A DNA stretch of 32,000 bases from Buchnera aphidicola str. APS (Acyrthosiphon pisum) (GTDB lineage: Bacteria > Pseudomonadota > Gammaproteobacteria > Enterobacterales > Enterobacteriaceae): the NCBI RefSeq assembly GCF_000009605.1, contig NC_002528.1, positions 150,001 through 182,000 on the forward strand. Reading direction: 5' to 3'. The notes under the pieces are model-generated. The model searched no databases, was not told where the DNA came from, and saw only the letters and a list, made by a program, of their open reading frames with translations. The translations under genes and the position numbers were made by a program. Position 1 is the stretch's first letter. Every line of letters starts with the position of its first letter. Shown piece after piece: positions 12,127-23,671 of this stretch.

Positions 12127-12156
12127 CACGGGCGCAGAAGTTTATCTACGCCCGTG
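12127..12156. promoter_or_regulatory. GC-rich stem-loop in the dnaK-dnaJ spacer (possible attenuator or processing element)
   Basis: Minus-strand RNA sense: CACGGGCGTAGA-TAAACT-TCTGCGCCCGTG. This is a 12-bp stem (one U-G wobble) with a 6-nt loop, followed by TAATTATTTTTA, inside a very AT-rich 112-bp intergenic spacer. Confidence 0.75.
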
Positions 12157-12205
12157 CTAGTTTAAAGTCTATAATAATTATCTTTCAATATTTTATTAAA
12201 ATTGA

Positions 12206-14119
12206 TTATTTCTTCGGATCTTTAATTTCTTCAAATTCTGCATCTACAACATTTTCATCTTTTTTATTAGCTGACATATTGTTGTCTTTTTGATCTTTTT
12301 CTGATTTTTTTTGATTGATTTCTGTTAGCTTAGAAGATATTTTTAAAAGATTTTGTATGTTCTTTTCGATATCAGACTTATCTTCTCCTTTTAATGCATT
12401 TTCTAGTTTATTTAGAGCTAATTGAATATCTTTTTTACTCTCTTCTTCAATTGAATTTTTATTTTCATTTAGTTGTTTTTTGATACTATGAACTAGTTGA
12501 TCACCTTGGTTTCTTGTTTGAATTAATTCTTCAAACTTCTGATCTGCTTCAGAATTAGCTTCTGCATCATTTACCATTTTTTTAATTTCTTCTTCATTTA
12601 ATCCAGAAGATGCTTTAATGGTAATTTTTTGTTCTTTTCCAGTTTTTTTATCTTTTGCAGATACATGTAATATTCCATCGGAATCAATATCAAATGTTAC
12701 TTCAATTTGTGCTGTTCCTCTAGGAGCTGGATTAATCCCGTCTAAGTTAAATTGTCCCAATGATTTATTATCTGAAGATCTTTTACGTTCACCCTGAAGC
12801 ACGTGTATAGTAACTGCTGATTGATTGTCTTCTGCTGTTGAAAATATTTGACTATGTTTAGTAGGGATAGTGGTATTTTTATTTATCAGTGATGTCATTA
12901 TTCCACCCATAGTTTCAATTCCTAGGGATAGAGGAGTAACATCAAGTAATAAGACATCTTTAACATCACCAGAGAGAACTCCTCCCTGTACTGCAGCTCC
13001 AACTGCTACAGCTTCATCTGGATTTACATCTTTTCTAGGTTCTTTTCCAAAAAAATCAGCAACTTTAGATTGCACCATAGGCATTCTAGTTTGACCACCA
13101 ACTAATATCACATCATTTATGTCTGTTACTGATAATCCTGCATCTTTTAATGCAACTTTTAGTGGCTCAATTGAACGTAATATTAAATCTTCCACTAAAG
13201 ACTCTAATTTTGCTCGAGTAACCTTTATATTTAAATGTTTAGGTCCATTGGAATCTGCAGTGATGTATGGAAGATTAACATCTGTTTGTTGTGCGGATGA
13301 TAATTCTATTTTTGCTTTTTCCGCAGATTCTTTTAAGCGTTGCATGGATAATGGGTCATTTCTTAAATCTATTCCTTGTTCTTTTTTAAATTCTGTTACT
13401 AAATAATTAATTAGTCTACTATCAAAATCTTCTCCTCCAAGATGTGTATCTCCATTTGTAGCAAGAACTTCAAATGTTTTTTCTTTATCCACTTCATCAA
13501 TCTCGATGATTGAAATATCAAAGGTTCCACCACCTAAATCATATACAGCTATTGTTCTATTTCCTTTTCCTTTATCTAAACCATAAGCTAGTGCTGCAGC
13601 TGTTGGTTCATTTATGATTCTTTTTACTTCTAGTCCTGCTATCCTACCTGCATCTTTAGTTGCTTGACGTTGAGCATCATTAAAGTAAGCAGGAACCGTA
13701 ATAACTGCTTCTTTAATTGTTTCTCCTAAATAGTCTTCTGCAGTTTTTTTCATTTTTTTTAATACTTCTGCAGAAATTTGAGGAGGTGCCATTTTTTGTT
13801 TTTTTACATCAATCCATGCATCACCATTATCAGAATTTACAATATTATAAGGCATGATTTTTATATCACGTTGTACTTCATCATCTTTAAATTTTCTGCC
13901 AATTAAACGTTTTATAGCAAAAAGTGTATTCTTTGGATTAGTTATAGCTTGACGTTTAGCAGGTTGTCCTACTAAAACTTCTCCTTCTTGAGTATATGCA
14001 ATAATTGACGGTGTAGTACGATCACCTTCCGCATTCTCTAAAACACGTGGTTTATTGCCATCCATAATGGCAACACAAGAGTTGGTTGTTCCCAAGTCAA
14101 TACCAATAATTTTACCCAT
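12206..14119 (-). CDS. dnaK: Chaperone DnaK (Hsp70)
   Basis: [59 protein letters not shown] and [14 protein letters not shown]; 637 aa. Confidence 0.98.
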   Translation of the reverse strand: MGKIIGIDLGTTNSCVAIMDGNKPRVLENAEGDRTTPSIIAYTQEGEVLVGQPAKRQAITNPKNTLFAIKRLIGRKFKDDEVQRDIKIMPYNIVNSDNGDAWIDVKKQKMAPPQISAEVLKKMKKTAEDYLGETIKEAVITVPAYFNDAQRQATKDAGRIAGLEVKRIINEPTAAALAYGLDKGKGNRTIAVYDLGGGTFDISIIEIDEVDKEKTFEVLATNGDTHLGGEDFDSRLINYLVTEFKKEQGIDLRNDPLSMQRLKESAEKAKIELSSAQQTDVNLPYITADSNGPKHLNIKVTRAKLESLVEDLILRSIEPLKVALKDAGLSVTDINDVILVGGQTRMPMVQSKVADFFGKEPRKDVNPDEAVAVGAAVQGGVLSGDVKDVLLLDVTPLSLGIETMGGIMTSLINKNTTIPTKHSQIFSTAEDNQSAVTIHVLQGERKRSSDNKSLGQFNLDGINPAPRGTAQIEVTFDIDSDGILHVSAKDKKTGKEQKITIKASSGLNEEEIKKMVNDAEANSEADQKFEELIQTRNQGDQLVHSIKKQLNENKNSIEEESKKDIQLALNKLENALKGEDKSDIEKNIQNLLKISSKLTEINQKKSEKDQKDNNMSANKKDENVVDAEFEEIKDPKK

Positions 14120-14246
14120 TAAAGTTTCTCCTATTTAATATTTTGATAAATTGGGTTTTTTGCAACCTTTATGCGGCCACTTTTTTGGCTTTTAATTAGT
14201 TACATAAGTTTTATCATACTTTGCATCTGAAATGTTTAATGATTAT

Positions 14247-14278
14247 TAGATGGGGTCGCTTTTTCGCTCATCAAGGGG
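14247..14278 (-). promoter_or_regulatory. Sigma-32 (RpoH) heat-shock promoter of dnaK-dnaJ
   Basis: Reverse strand reads CCCCTTGATGAGCGAAAAAGCGACCCCATCTA, matching the sigma-32 consensus (CTTGAA-type -35, CCCCATnT-type -10) with typical spacing. It lies ~125-160 nt upstream of dnaK, as in E. coli dnaK P1. Confidence 0.92.
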
Positions 14279-14453
14279 CAGTAGAAAAAAAAATAAAGTT
14301 TTACCAAACTATAACTGAAAATTATAAGTTTTTTATTTATTAAAAATAACATATTCGTTAATATATTTAATAACATAGTTTTTTTATATATTTATATATA
14401 TAAACAATCTATATTTAATGCTATAGATATTTTTAAATTTTCAGGGGTAATTA

Positions 14454-14858
14454 ATGTTAATAAATACTGAAGCAGTTAATGAATACTTATCCTTTTTTAT
14501 GTTTATATTTTTTTCTTTAGGATTATGTTTTTTTATGCTTTGTTTAAGTTGGATTTTAGGAGGCAGGTCTTCTTCTCGATATAAAAATACCCCTTTTGAG
14601 TCAGGGATTGTATCATCCGGTAATACTAATCTTTATTTTTCTGTAAAATTTTATTTAATTGCTATGTTTTTCGTTGTATTTGATGTTGAAGCACTATATT
14701 TATATGCTTGGTCTGTCAGTATAAAAGAATCTGGATGGATAGGATTTAGCGAAGCCTTAATGTTTGGAATATCTCTTTTATTAGGATTGTTCTATTTAGT
14801 TCGTATTCGAGCATTAAACTGGTCATCTTCAGTTAAAAATAATATTCAACTATTTTAA
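14454..14858 (+). CDS. nuoA: NADH-quinone oxidoreductase subunit A
   Basis: SWILGGRSSSRYKNTPFESGI and FVVFDVEALYLYAWSVSIKESGW are conserved NuoA segments. First gene of the nuo operon. Confidence 0.95.
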   Translation: MLINTEAVNEYLSFFMFIFFSLGLCFFMLCLSWILGGRSSSRYKNTPFESGIVSSGNTNLYFSVKFYLIAMFFVVFDVEALYLYAWSVSIKESGWIGFSEALMFGISLLLGLFYLVRIRALNWSSSVKNNIQLF

Positions 14859-14891
14859 CATATAATATGTTTTACCTTAATGAGGCATAAA

Positions 14892-15566
14892 ATGAATTAT
14901 ACTTTAACTAAAGCAGATTCTGATAACAATAATAAAAAATATCCAAAACAAACGATTGAGTCTGTTTCAGATCCTCTAGAAGAATATTTAAAAAAGAATA
15001 TTTTTATGGGTAAAATTACTCAATTATTACATAAATTAGTTAATTGGGGTCGAAAAAATTCTTTATGGCCTTATAATTTTGGTCTGTCTTGTTGTTATGT
15101 GGAAATGGTATCTGCTTTTACTTCCGTTCATGATGTTGCACGTTTTGGATCTGAAGTATTACGTGCGTCTCCTAGACAAGCTGATGTCATGGTGATAGCA
15201 GGTACGCCATTTATAAAAATGGCGCCTGTTATTCAGAGATTATACGATCAAATGTTAGAACCAAAATGGGTTATTTCTATGGGAGCATGTGCCAATTCTG
15301 GCGGAATGTATGATATCTATTCTGTTGTTCAAGGAGTAGATAAATTTTTGCCGGTTGATATTTATATTCCTGGTTGTCCACCTCGTCCTGAAGCGTATAT
15401 GCAAGCTTTAATACTGTTGCAAAAATTGATCAATGAAGAAAGAAGGCCGTTATCCTGGGTAATTGGAGAACAAGGTGTTTATCATAAAAAGATGCCATCT
15501 GAAAGAGTTCAAAAAAGAAGCAAAAGAATTAATATTATCAATCTTTCAACTTCAGAAAAAATTTAA
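14892..15566 (+). CDS. nuoB: NADH-quinone oxidoreductase subunit B (Fe-S cluster N2)
   Basis: [34 protein letters not shown] and [22 protein letters not shown] at 14892 is preferred over 14880 by E. coli-like N-terminus (MNYTLTKAD). Confidence 0.95.
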   Translation: MNYTLTKADSDNNNKKYPKQTIESVSDPLEEYLKKNIFMGKITQLLHKLVNWGRKNSLWPYNFGLSCCYVEMVSAFTSVHDVARFGSEVLRASPRQADVMVIAGTPFIKMAPVIQRLYDQMLEPKWVISMGACANSGGMYDIYSVVQGVDKFLPVDIYIPGCPPRPEAYMQALILLQKLINEERRPLSWVIGEQGVYHKKMPSERVQKRSKRINIINLSTSEKI

Positions 15567-15656
15567 TAATATATTTAAAATATATAAATTTCTTTAATAT
15601 TACTGATTTTTTAGATGATAATATTATTATATTTTAAACTGAGTGGTGAGAGATAT

Positions 15657-17459
15657 ATGATTGATTTAATGCCAAAAAAAAATACATTTTTATTAAAAAA
15701 AAAATATAAAGAAGACTCAAATAATTCAGTAATTAATAATTTATTTGATTTCTTTGGTAAAGAATTTTGTTTTCATCAAATTACCTTAACCGGTTTTCCT
15801 ATAATTTGGATTGATAAGACATTATTAATAGAAGTTGGAAAATTTTTATATCATTTATCTCAACCTTATATCATGCTTTATGATTTACATGGCGTAGATG
15901 AACGTATTAGATTGCATCGAGAAGATTTACCTAAAGCTGATTTTTCCGTTTTTTATCATTTAATATCTATTGAACGCAACTCTGATATTATGATTAAAGT
16001 ACCATTATTAGAAAACGATTTGATCTTGCCAACTTTTACTGGTTTATTTCCTAATGCTAATTGGTATGAACGTGAAACTTGGGATATGTTTGGGATTATT
16101 TTTAATAATCATCCTAATTTAACTCGTATTATTATGCCTAGTACATGGAAAGGACATCCATTAAGAAAAAATTATTCTGCAAGAGCAACCGAATACGAAC
16201 CTTTCTTCTTAAATGAGCAGAAAGAAGATTTAGAAATGGAAGGTTTAAAATTTAAACCTGAGTTATGGGGTATGAAACGCAAGAACGACAATGTAGAATT
16301 TATGTTTCTAAATTTAGGTCCAAATCATCCTTCTGCTCATGGTGCTTTTAGAATTGTTTTACAGTTAGATGGTGAAAATATTGTAGATTGTGTTCCAGAT
16401 ATTGGGTATCATCATCGCGGAGCTGAAAAAATGGCAGAACGGCAGTCATGGCATAGTTATATTCCATATACTGATCGCATTGAATATCTGGGTGGTTGTG
16501 TAAATGAACTTCCTTATGTTTTAGCTGTAGAAAAATTAGCAAATATTTCAGTTCCAGAAAAAGCAGAAGTAATTAGAGTAATGATGTCAGAATTGTTTCG
16601 TATAAATAGTCATTTATTATATATTTCTACTTTTATTCAAGATGTAGGTTGTATGACTCCAGTTTTTTTTGCTTTCACTGATCGTCAAAAAATATATGAT
16701 TTAATTGAAGCAATTACAGGTGCTCGTATGCATCCTGCTTGGTTTCGTATTGGTGGAGTAGCTAATGATTTACCACAGGGTTGGAATATTTTATTAAAAG
16801 AATTTCTTGACTGGATGCCAAAAAGGTTAAAATACTATATAAACACTGCTTTAAAAAATAGTATTTTAATCCATCGATCAAAAGGAATTGCTGAGTATAA
16901 TAAAAAAGAAGCATTGCAGTGGGGTGTCACTGGAGCAGGTTTACGTGCTACAGGATTAAATTTTGATGTAAGGAAATGGAGGCCATATTCTGGATATCAA
17001 AATTATACTTTTGAAGTACCAGTGGGTTCGGGAATTAGTGATTGTTATTCAAGAGTAATGATTAAAGTAGAAGAAATTTATCAAAGTCTTTTTATTTTAA
17101 AACAATGTTTATGTAATATGCCATCAGGTCCTTTTAAATCTGAAGATTCATTGACTACGCCTCCTTCTAAAGAGTGTGTTTTGCAAAATATTGAGACTAT
17201 GATTACTCATTTTTTACAAGTGTCTTGGGGTCCAGTAATTCCAGAAAATGAAAGTTTTCAAATGATTGAAGCAACAAAAGGAATTAATAGTTATTACTTA
17301 ATTAGTGATGGTGGTACGATGAGTTATCGTACAAGAATACGTACACCTAGTTTTCCACATTTGCAACAAATACCTTCAGTTATTCGTGGCAGTTTGATAT
17401 CTGATTTAATTGTATATTTAGGTAGTATCGATTTTGTAATGTCTGACGTGGATAGATAA
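15657..17459 (+). CDS. nuoC: NADH-quinone oxidoreductase fused subunits C/D
   Basis: Single ORF with an N-terminal NuoC domain ([17 protein letters not shown]) and a C-terminal NuoD domain ([22 protein letters not shown]...[12 protein letters not shown]), as in Enterobacterales nuoCD. ATG 15657 follows a GAGAGAT-type ribosome-binding site; the supplied ORF opens earlier, at 15615. Confidence 0.95.
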   Translation: MIDLMPKKNTFLLKKKYKEDSNNSVINNLFDFFGKEFCFHQITLTGFPIIWIDKTLLIEVGKFLYHLSQPYIMLYDLHGVDERIRLHREDLPKADFSVFYHLISIERNSDIMIKVPLLENDLILPTFTGLFPNANWYERETWDMFGIIFNNHPNLTRIIMPSTWKGHPLRKNYSARATEYEPFFLNEQKEDLEMEGLKFKPELWGMKRKNDNVEFMFLNLGPNHPSAHGAFRIVLQLDGENIVDCVPDIGYHHRGAEKMAERQSWHSYIPYTDRIEYLGGCVNELPYVLAVEKLANISVPEKAEVIRVMMSELFRINSHLLYISTFIQDVGCMTPVFFAFTDRQKIYDLIEAITGARMHPAWFRIGGVANDLPQGWNILLKEFLDWMPKRLKYYINTALKNSILIHRSKGIAEYNKKEALQWGVTGAGLRATGLNFDVRKWRPYSGYQNYTFEVPVGSGISDCYSRVMIKVEEIYQSLFILKQCLCNMPSGPFKSEDSLTTPPSKECVLQNIETMITHFLQVSWGPVIPENESFQMIEATKGINSYYLISDGGTMSYRTRIRTPSFPHLQQIPSVIRGSLISDLIVYLGSIDFVMSDVDR

Positions 17460-17481
17460 TCATGTATAAAAAAAAAGTCAA

Positions 17482-17970
17482 ATGCAAGAAATTTCTATAA
17501 AATTTAAATTAACTAATGAAGAAATAAATGCAATAGAAAATCAAAAAAAATACTATGAAGATTTTCGTGCTATTTCTATAGAAGCGTTAAAAATTGTTCA
17601 AAAAAAACGAGGTTGGGTTTCTGATCAAGCTATTTATGCTATTGCAGAAATTCTGCATATTAACCCCAGTGATGTTGAAGGAGTCGCTACTTTTTATAGT
17701 CAAATTTTTCGTAAACCTGTGGGTCGTAATATTATTCGTTATTGTGATAGTGTAGTTTGTTTTTTGACAGGTTATAAAAGGATTCAAATAGCTCTAGAAA
17801 ATTATTTAAAAATAAAGATAGGAGAAACAACTAAAGACGATAGATTTACTTTATTACCAGTTTGTTGTTTAGGAAATTGTGATAAAGGTCCAACCATCAT
17901 GATTAATGAAGATACATATTCTGTTTTAACTCCAGAATCCATACCAAGTTTACTGGAATCATATAAATGA
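17482..17970 (+). CDS. nuoE: NADH-quinone oxidoreductase subunit E (2Fe-2S)
   Basis: [19 protein letters not shown], with both 2Fe-2S ligand pairs present (CDSVVC and CLGNC). Confidence 0.95.
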   Translation: MQEISIKFKLTNEEINAIENQKKYYEDFRAISIEALKIVQKKRGWVSDQAIYAIAEILHINPSDVEGVATFYSQIFRKPVGRNIIRYCDSVVCFLTGYKRIQIALENYLKIKIGETTKDDRFTLLPVCCLGNCDKGPTIMINEDTYSVLTPESIPSLLESYK

Positions 17971-19301
17971 ATAGAATTTTACGAATTTCAGAAACGCACC
18001 CTTTAACTTGGCGGTTAAGAGATGATCAAAAAACTGTTTGGATTAAAGAATATTGTGATAAAAATGGTTATTTATCTTTAAAGAAAGCATTAAAAGAAAT
18101 GCTTCCAGAAGATGTTATTAATATAGTAAAAGAATCTGGTTTAAAAGGAAGAGGAGGTGCAGGATTTTCTACTGGATTAAAATGGAGTCTAATGTCTCAA
18201 AACCATTCTTATACAAGAGAACGTGGTTACTTAATATGTAATGCTGATGAAATGGAACCTGGTACGTATAAAGATAGATTATTAATTGAAAAGATTCCTC
18301 ATCAATTAATTGAAGGAATAATATTGTCCGCATACGCATTAAACGTTTCTCGTGCTTATATTTTTTTAAGAGGAGAATATGTTCAAGCTGAGCATATTTT
18401 AAAACAATCTATACAGGAAGCAATTAATTTTGGTTTTATTGGATTAAATATCTTAGGAAGCAATTTTAATATCGAGTTAGTTTTACATACTGGGGCTGGA
18501 CGATATATTTGTGGAGAAGAAACTGCTTTAATTAATTCTTTAGAAGGTCGTAGAGCTAATCCTAGATCGAAGCCGCCATTTCCAGCAGTATTTGGTTTGT
18601 GGGGAAAACCTACTTGTGTGAATAATGTTGAAACACTGTCTAATGTTCCATGTATTATATTGAACGGTGTAAGTTGGTATAAAAATTTATCTAAAAGTTC
18701 TGATACAGGTACTAAATTAATGGGGTTCTCAGGAAATGTAAGAAATCCCGGTGTTTGGGAATTACCTTTTGGCACCACTGCTCGTGAAATTTTAGAAGAT
18801 TATGCTCATGGAATGAAGTCCGGTTTTTCTTTAAAAGCTTGGCAGCCAGGTGGCGCGGGAACAGATTTCTTGCTTGAAGAACATTTAGACTTGCCAATGG
18901 ATTTTAAAAATATCAGTCAGGCTGGAAGTCGTTTAGGAACTGCTCTTTCTATGGCTGTTGATAATAAAACTAGCATGGTTTCTCTTGTATATAATATAGA
19001 AAAATTTTTTTCACGAGAATCATGTGGTTTGTGTACACCATGTCGAGATGGGTTGCCTTGGATTGTAAAAATATTAAAAAGTTTAGAACAAAATAAAGGT
19101 CATAAAAATGATGTGAAAAACTTAGAAAAACTATGCTCTCATTTAAGTCCAGGAAAAACATTTTGTGCTCATGCGCCCGGGGCAATAGAACCATTGCAAA
19201 GTGCTATTAAATATTTTCGATCTGAATTTGAATCTGGAATCAATATAAGAAAAAGAGATTTAAATAAAAAAATTATTGGGATTCAATCTAATTGTATTTA
19301 A
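17967..19301 (+). CDS. nuoF: NADH-quinone oxidoreductase subunit F (FMN/NADH binding)
   Basis: [40 protein letters not shown] and [12 protein letters not shown]. The start overlaps the nuoE stop (ATGA). Confidence 0.97.
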   Translation: MNRILRISETHPLTWRLRDDQKTVWIKEYCDKNGYLSLKKALKEMLPEDVINIVKESGLKGRGGAGFSTGLKWSLMSQNHSYTRERGYLICNADEMEPGTYKDRLLIEKIPHQLIEGIILSAYALNVSRAYIFLRGEYVQAEHILKQSIQEAINFGFIGLNILGSNFNIELVLHTGAGRYICGEETALINSLEGRRANPRSKPPFPAVFGLWGKPTCVNNVETLSNVPCIILNGVSWYKNLSKSSDTGTKLMGFSGNVRNPGVWELPFGTTAREILEDYAHGMKSGFSLKAWQPGGAGTDFLLEEHLDLPMDFKNISQAGSRLGTALSMAVDNKTSMVSLVYNIEKFFSRESCGLCTPCRDGLPWIVKILKSLEQNKGHKNDVKNLEKLCSHLSPGKTFCAHAPGAIEPLQSAIKYFRSEFESGINIRKRDLNKKIIGIQSNCI

Positions 19302-19394
19302 TTCAAACATTGAAATTTTTATAGAAAATATTTATTTTAAATAAATTTTTTTATATAAATTTATCTGAATAAAAGATTTTGGAATTATTCTCTT

Positions 19395-22115
19395 ATGGCT
19401 AAGATTTATGTAGATAGTAAAATATATAATGTTAACGAATCAGATAATTTACTGCAAGCTTGTTTATCAGTGGGTATAAATATTCCTTATTTTTGTTGGC
19501 ATCCTTTATTGGGAAGTTTAGGTGCATGTCGTCAGTGTGCTGTTACACAATATGATAATTTTCAAGATCGTAAAGGTCGGTTAATTATGTCTTGTATGAC
19601 TCCTGTAACTGATGGAGCTATAATTTCCATCAAAAGTACTGAATCAGAAGTTTTTAGAAGTGCTATTGTTGAACTTTTATTAACTAATCATCCCCATGAT
19701 TGTCCAGTATGTGAAGAAGGTGGTCATTGTCATTTGCAAGATATGACCGTTATGGTCAAACATAGTATGCGGAATTATAGATTTAAAAAAAGAACACATA
19801 AAAATCAATATTTAGGTCCTTTTATTAAACATGAAATGAATCGCTGTATTGCATGTTATCGTTGTGTTCGATATTATAATGAATATGCAGATGGTGTAGA
19901 TTTTGGAGTTTATGGTTCCAATAATAATGTTTATTTTGGTCGTATAGAAGATGGTGTCTTAGAAAGTGAACATTCTGGAAATTTAATAGAATTATGTCCT
20001 ACTGGAGTATTTACTGATAAAACTCATTCTAAAAAATATAATCGTAAATGGGATATGCAATACGCTCCAGGAATATGCCATAATTGCAGTGTCGGCTGTA
20101 ATATTAGTATTGGAGAACGTTATGGTGAAATACGTCGAATAGAAAATAGATATCATGAAAATATAAATCATTATTTAATATGCGACCTTGGTCGTTTTGG
20201 GTATTCACATACCAATTTGAATACACGTCCTAAAAAACCTACATATGTTAATAAGTATAATGATCTTAATGTATTAAATTTTAATGAAGCAATAAAAATC
20301 GGAGTTGATTTTTTTAAAAGATATAAGCGTGTAATTGGTGTCGGTTCTGCAAGATCAAGTATAGAGAATAATTTTGCATTACAAGAACTTGTAGGAAAAG
20401 AGAATTTTTCTAACGGAATGTCTAACAAAGAGAAGGAATGTATCAAATCGATTTTAGAATTTTTAAAAAATAATTATATATATATCCCATCTTTAAAAGA
20501 AATTGAAAGTTATGATGTAATTTTAGTTCTTGGAGAAGATTTAACACAAACATCTTCTCGTGTTGCTTTAGCAGTGCGTCAAGCAGTGAAAAAAAAAGTT
20601 CAAGATATAAAAAATTTATATGGTATTCCGAAATGGAATACATCATCTAATATTCATATTTCAGAAAAATTTAAAAATTCTTTATATATTATGCATACAC
20701 ATGAAAGTAAATTAGATGATATTTCTGAATGGTCTTATTTCGCTTCTATTGATAAACAAGTTAATTTAGCATCTTCTATCGCTTATGAGATAGATAAAAG
20801 TTCACCAAAAGTTTCAAATTTAGATTCTGAATTAAAAGAAAAAGTGTTGTTAATTTCTGATAGATTAATTTCATCTAAAAAAACATTAATTATTTCAGGT
20901 TCTCATTCTTTTAGTGATTCTATTATTAAAGCATCAATAAATATAGCTAAAGCTATTAAATTTCGCGCTCCCGATCACCATGTTGGTGTGACTTTGTTAA
21001 CGTCATCTGTTAATTCTTTAGGTGCAGAGTTGCTTGGAGGCATGTCTATAGAATCTGCATTAGATGATCTTAAAAAAGAAAAAGCAGATGCTGTAATTTT
21101 TATGGAATACGATTTGTATCGTTCTGTATCTGAATATGACTGTGAGTATTTTTTTAAGAATAAAGATAATATAATTACTCTCGATCATCAGTACACACAA
21201 ACTTTTAAAAAATCCATGTTATCTTTACCTTCAACAAATTTTACTGAAAGTTCTGGAACGGTAATAAACTTTGAAGGAAGAGCACAGCGTTTTTTTCAAG
21301 TTTATGATCCTAATTTTTATGATAAAAGTAATTGTCTATGTGATAGTTGGAAATGGTTGCATACTATCAAATCAAAAATTAATAATACAGAAATATGTTG
21401 GTTTAATTTAGATGATGTAATCAATTCCTATGCTGAAAAATATTCTATTTTTAAACAAATAAAAACAAACGAATTAAATTCTAATCTTCGTATCCATGGT
21501 CAAAAAATTTCTCGGTCACCTATTCGTTCTAGTGGCAGAACATCTTTGCGTTCTAATATCGATGTTCATGAACCTTGTCAGCCTAAAGATATTAATACTA
21601 TGTTTGCATTTTCTATGGAAGGATACAATCAACCTAATTCGTCTGTATCGAATATTCCCTTTGCTTGGTTCCCCGGATGGAATTCACCTCAAGCATGGAA
21701 TAAATTTCAGGTAGAAGTAGGTAGAAACTTAATATCTGGTGATTCAGGTATACATATTTTTAAAAAATATGAAAAAAAAACAGATGTATATTCAAATATA
21801 GTTTTAAAAAATTCTATAAAAGAAAAATACTGGAATATAATCCCCTATTATCATCTATTTGGCAATGAAGAATTAACTCAATATTCTTCTATAATACAAG
21901 AAAATACTCCTTTAGAGTATGCTTTAATTGGTTTATCAGATGCCATTAAGATGGGTTTGAAAAAAGATTCTATAGTAGAATTTAACTGTTTAAAAAAAGA
22001 TTATTGTTTGCCAGTTCAAGTATCTAAGTATTTAACTGAAAAACAAATAGGTTTGCCTATTGGAAGAAAAGGATTTCCTCTTGCACTTGTTGGTGAAAAA
22101 ATTGAATTTTTATAG
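19395..22115 (+). CDS. nuoG: NADH-quinone oxidoreductase subunit G
   Basis: N-terminal 2Fe-2S ferredoxin domain (CWHPLLGSLGACRQCAVTQY), HCHLQDMTVM, NRCIACYRCVRYY and a CxxCxxxC...C cluster motif (CHNCSVGC...LICD); 906 aa. Confidence 0.96.
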   Translation: MAKIYVDSKIYNVNESDNLLQACLSVGINIPYFCWHPLLGSLGACRQCAVTQYDNFQDRKGRLIMSCMTPVTDGAIISIKSTESEVFRSAIVELLLTNHPHDCPVCEEGGHCHLQDMTVMVKHSMRNYRFKKRTHKNQYLGPFIKHEMNRCIACYRCVRYYNEYADGVDFGVYGSNNNVYFGRIEDGVLESEHSGNLIELCPTGVFTDKTHSKKYNRKWDMQYAPGICHNCSVGCNISIGERYGEIRRIENRYHENINHYLICDLGRFGYSHTNLNTRPKKPTYVNKYNDLNVLNFNEAIKIGVDFFKRYKRVIGVGSARSSIENNFALQELVGKENFSNGMSNKEKECIKSILEFLKNNYIYIPSLKEIESYDVILVLGEDLTQTSSRVALAVRQAVKKKVQDIKNLYGIPKWNTSSNIHISEKFKNSLYIMHTHESKLDDISEWSYFASIDKQVNLASSIAYEIDKSSPKVSNLDSELKEKVLLISDRLISSKKTLIISGSHSFSDSIIKASINIAKAIKFRAPDHHVGVTLLTSSVNSLGAELLGGMSIESALDDLKKEKADAVIFMEYDLYRSVSEYDCEYFFKNKDNIITLDHQYTQTFKKSMLSLPSTNFTESSGTVINFEGRAQRFFQVYDPNFYDKSNCLCDSWKWLHTIKSKINNTEICWFNLDDVINSYAEKYSIFKQIKTNELNSNLRIHGQKISRSPIRSSGRTSLRSNIDVHEPCQPKDINTMFAFSMEGYNQPNSSVSNIPFAWFPGWNSPQAWNKFQVEVGRNLISGDSGIHIFKKYEKKTDVYSNIVLKNSIKEKYWNIIPYYHLFGNEELTQYSSIIQENTPLEYALIGLSDAIKMGLKKDSIVEFNCLKKDYCLPVQVSKYLTEKQIGLPIGRKGFPLALVGEKIEFL

Positions 22116-22126
22116 GAATTTATTAA

Positions 22127-23095
22127 ATGATTTGGTTAGAAGAGAACATGATTAAAATAACTTTTTGTTTTTTTAAAGTTATTTTTATTTTATTATTAAT
22201 AGTATTCTCTAGTGCTATGTTGAGTATAGTTGAACGAAGACTATTAGCCGTATTTCAAAATAGATATGGCCCTAATCGAGTTGGTTGGATGGGGAGTTTA
22301 CAATTATGCGCTGATATGATTAAAATTTTATTTAAAGAAGATTGGATTCCTCCTTTTAGCAGAAAATTTATTTTTGTTTTATCACCAGTAATAGCTTTTA
22401 CCTCTTTACTGTGTGTTATTCCTATTATTCCTTTTACATCTCATTTTGTTATTATTGATTTAAATATAGGGATTTTATTTTTCTTGATGATGGCCAGTTT
22501 ATCTGTTTATGCAATATTATTTGCAGGTTGGTCAAGTAATAATAAGTATGCATTATTAGGAGCTATGCGTGCATGTGTGCAAACATTAAGTTATGAAGTA
22601 TTTTTAGGTTTATCATTAATGGGTGTAGTCGCTCAGTCAGGATCTTTTAAAATATCTGATATTGTCAATAGTCAAAAATATATCTGGAATGTTTTTCCAC
22701 AGTTTTTTGGTTTTTTAACTTTTCTCATAGCCGGTTTAGCAGTTTGTCATAGACATCCTTTTGATCAACCTGAATCTGAACAAGAATTAGCTGATGGTTA
22801 TCATATTGAATATTCTGGGATGAAGTTTGGTTTATTTTTTATTGGCGAATATATTTCTATTATTACCGTTTCATCATTAATAGTTACACTTTTTTTTGGT
22901 GGTTGGTTAGGTCCTTGGATTCCCAGTTGTATTTGGTTTATTTTAAAAATTATTTTTTTTATTTTTCTTTTTATTTTAATCCGAGCAGCTTTGCCAAGAC
23001 CACGATATGATCAAGTATTATTATTTGGATGGAAATTTTGTTTACCATTAACATTGTTTAATTTATTTTTGACTGCTTTTTTAATTTTGGTATAA
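22127..23095 (+). CDS. nuoH: NADH-quinone oxidoreductase subunit H
   Basis: [41 protein letters not shown] and [33 protein letters not shown]. Confidence 0.97.
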
Positions 23096-23119
23096 ATTTT
23101 TTAAGAGATTTTTTTATTT

Positions 23120-23662
23120 ATGACATTAAAAAATATTATTATTGGATTTTTTACACAAATCAGAAGTATTTTTATGATTGGTGCAAATATTTTTTCTAAA
23201 CCTGAAACTAAATTATATCCAGAAGAAAAAGTATATCTTGCCCCTCGTTATCGAGGTCGTATCATATTGACTCGTAATATAGATGGACAAGAACGTTGTG
23301 TTGCATGTAATTTATGTGCTGTAGTTTGTCCTGTTGATTGTATTTCTTTACAAAAATCTGAAAAAACTGATGGTCGTTGGTATCCGAAATTTTTTAGAAT
23401 TAATTTTTCTCGTTGCATATTTTGTGGTTTATGTGAGGAGGCTTGCCCCACAGCTGCAATACAATTAATGCCTGATTTTGAACTATCTGATTTCAAAAGA
23501 CAAGATTTGGTGTATGAAAAAAAAGATTTATTAATTTCAGGTCCAGGTAAATATCCAAATTATGATTTTTATAACTTTTCCGGTGTAACTCTCAAAGGTA
23601 AAAAAACAGGTGATTTAGAGATTCAAGCTAGACCTATTGATGTAAAAGATTTATTGCCATAA
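23120..23662 (+). CDS. nuoI: NADH-quinone oxidoreductase subunit I (2x 4Fe-4S)
   Basis: Two ferredoxin motifs, [16 protein letters not shown] and [16 protein letters not shown], and the PRYRGRI segment. Confidence 0.97.
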   Translation: MTLKNIIIGFFTQIRSIFMIGANIFSKPETKLYPEEKVYLAPRYRGRIILTRNIDGQERCVACNLCAVVCPVDCISLQKSEKTDGRWYPKFFRINFSRCIFCGLCEEACPTAAIQLMPDFELSDFKRQDLVYEKKDLLISGPGKYPNYDFYNFSGVTLKGKKTGDLEIQARPIDVKDLLP

Positions 23663-23671
23663 GGAGATTTT

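Noticed and set aside
13119-13406. 95-aa plus-strand ORF antisense to dnaK (and 12870..13094)
   Set aside because: These are long open frames opposite a highly conserved, codon-biased gene. Such mirror ORFs are a well-known artefact of dnaK genes, and the translations have no recognisable family features.
14340-14453. Possible sigma-70 promoters upstream of nuoA
   Set aside because: TATATA- and TTTTTA-like hexamers are everywhere in this AT-rich spacer, so no single -35/-10 pair can be called with confidence.
18383-18778. 131-aa minus-strand ORF antisense to nuoF
   Set aside because: It lies fully inside the strongly conserved nuoF coding sequence on the opposite strand, with no recognisable domain or independent ribosome-binding evidence. 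It is best explained as a shadow ORF.
20171-21714. Small ORFs overlapping nuoG (20171-20446 -, 20443-20646 -, 21496-21714 +)
   Set aside because: All overlap an intact 906-aa nuoG frame and carry no recognisable domains.
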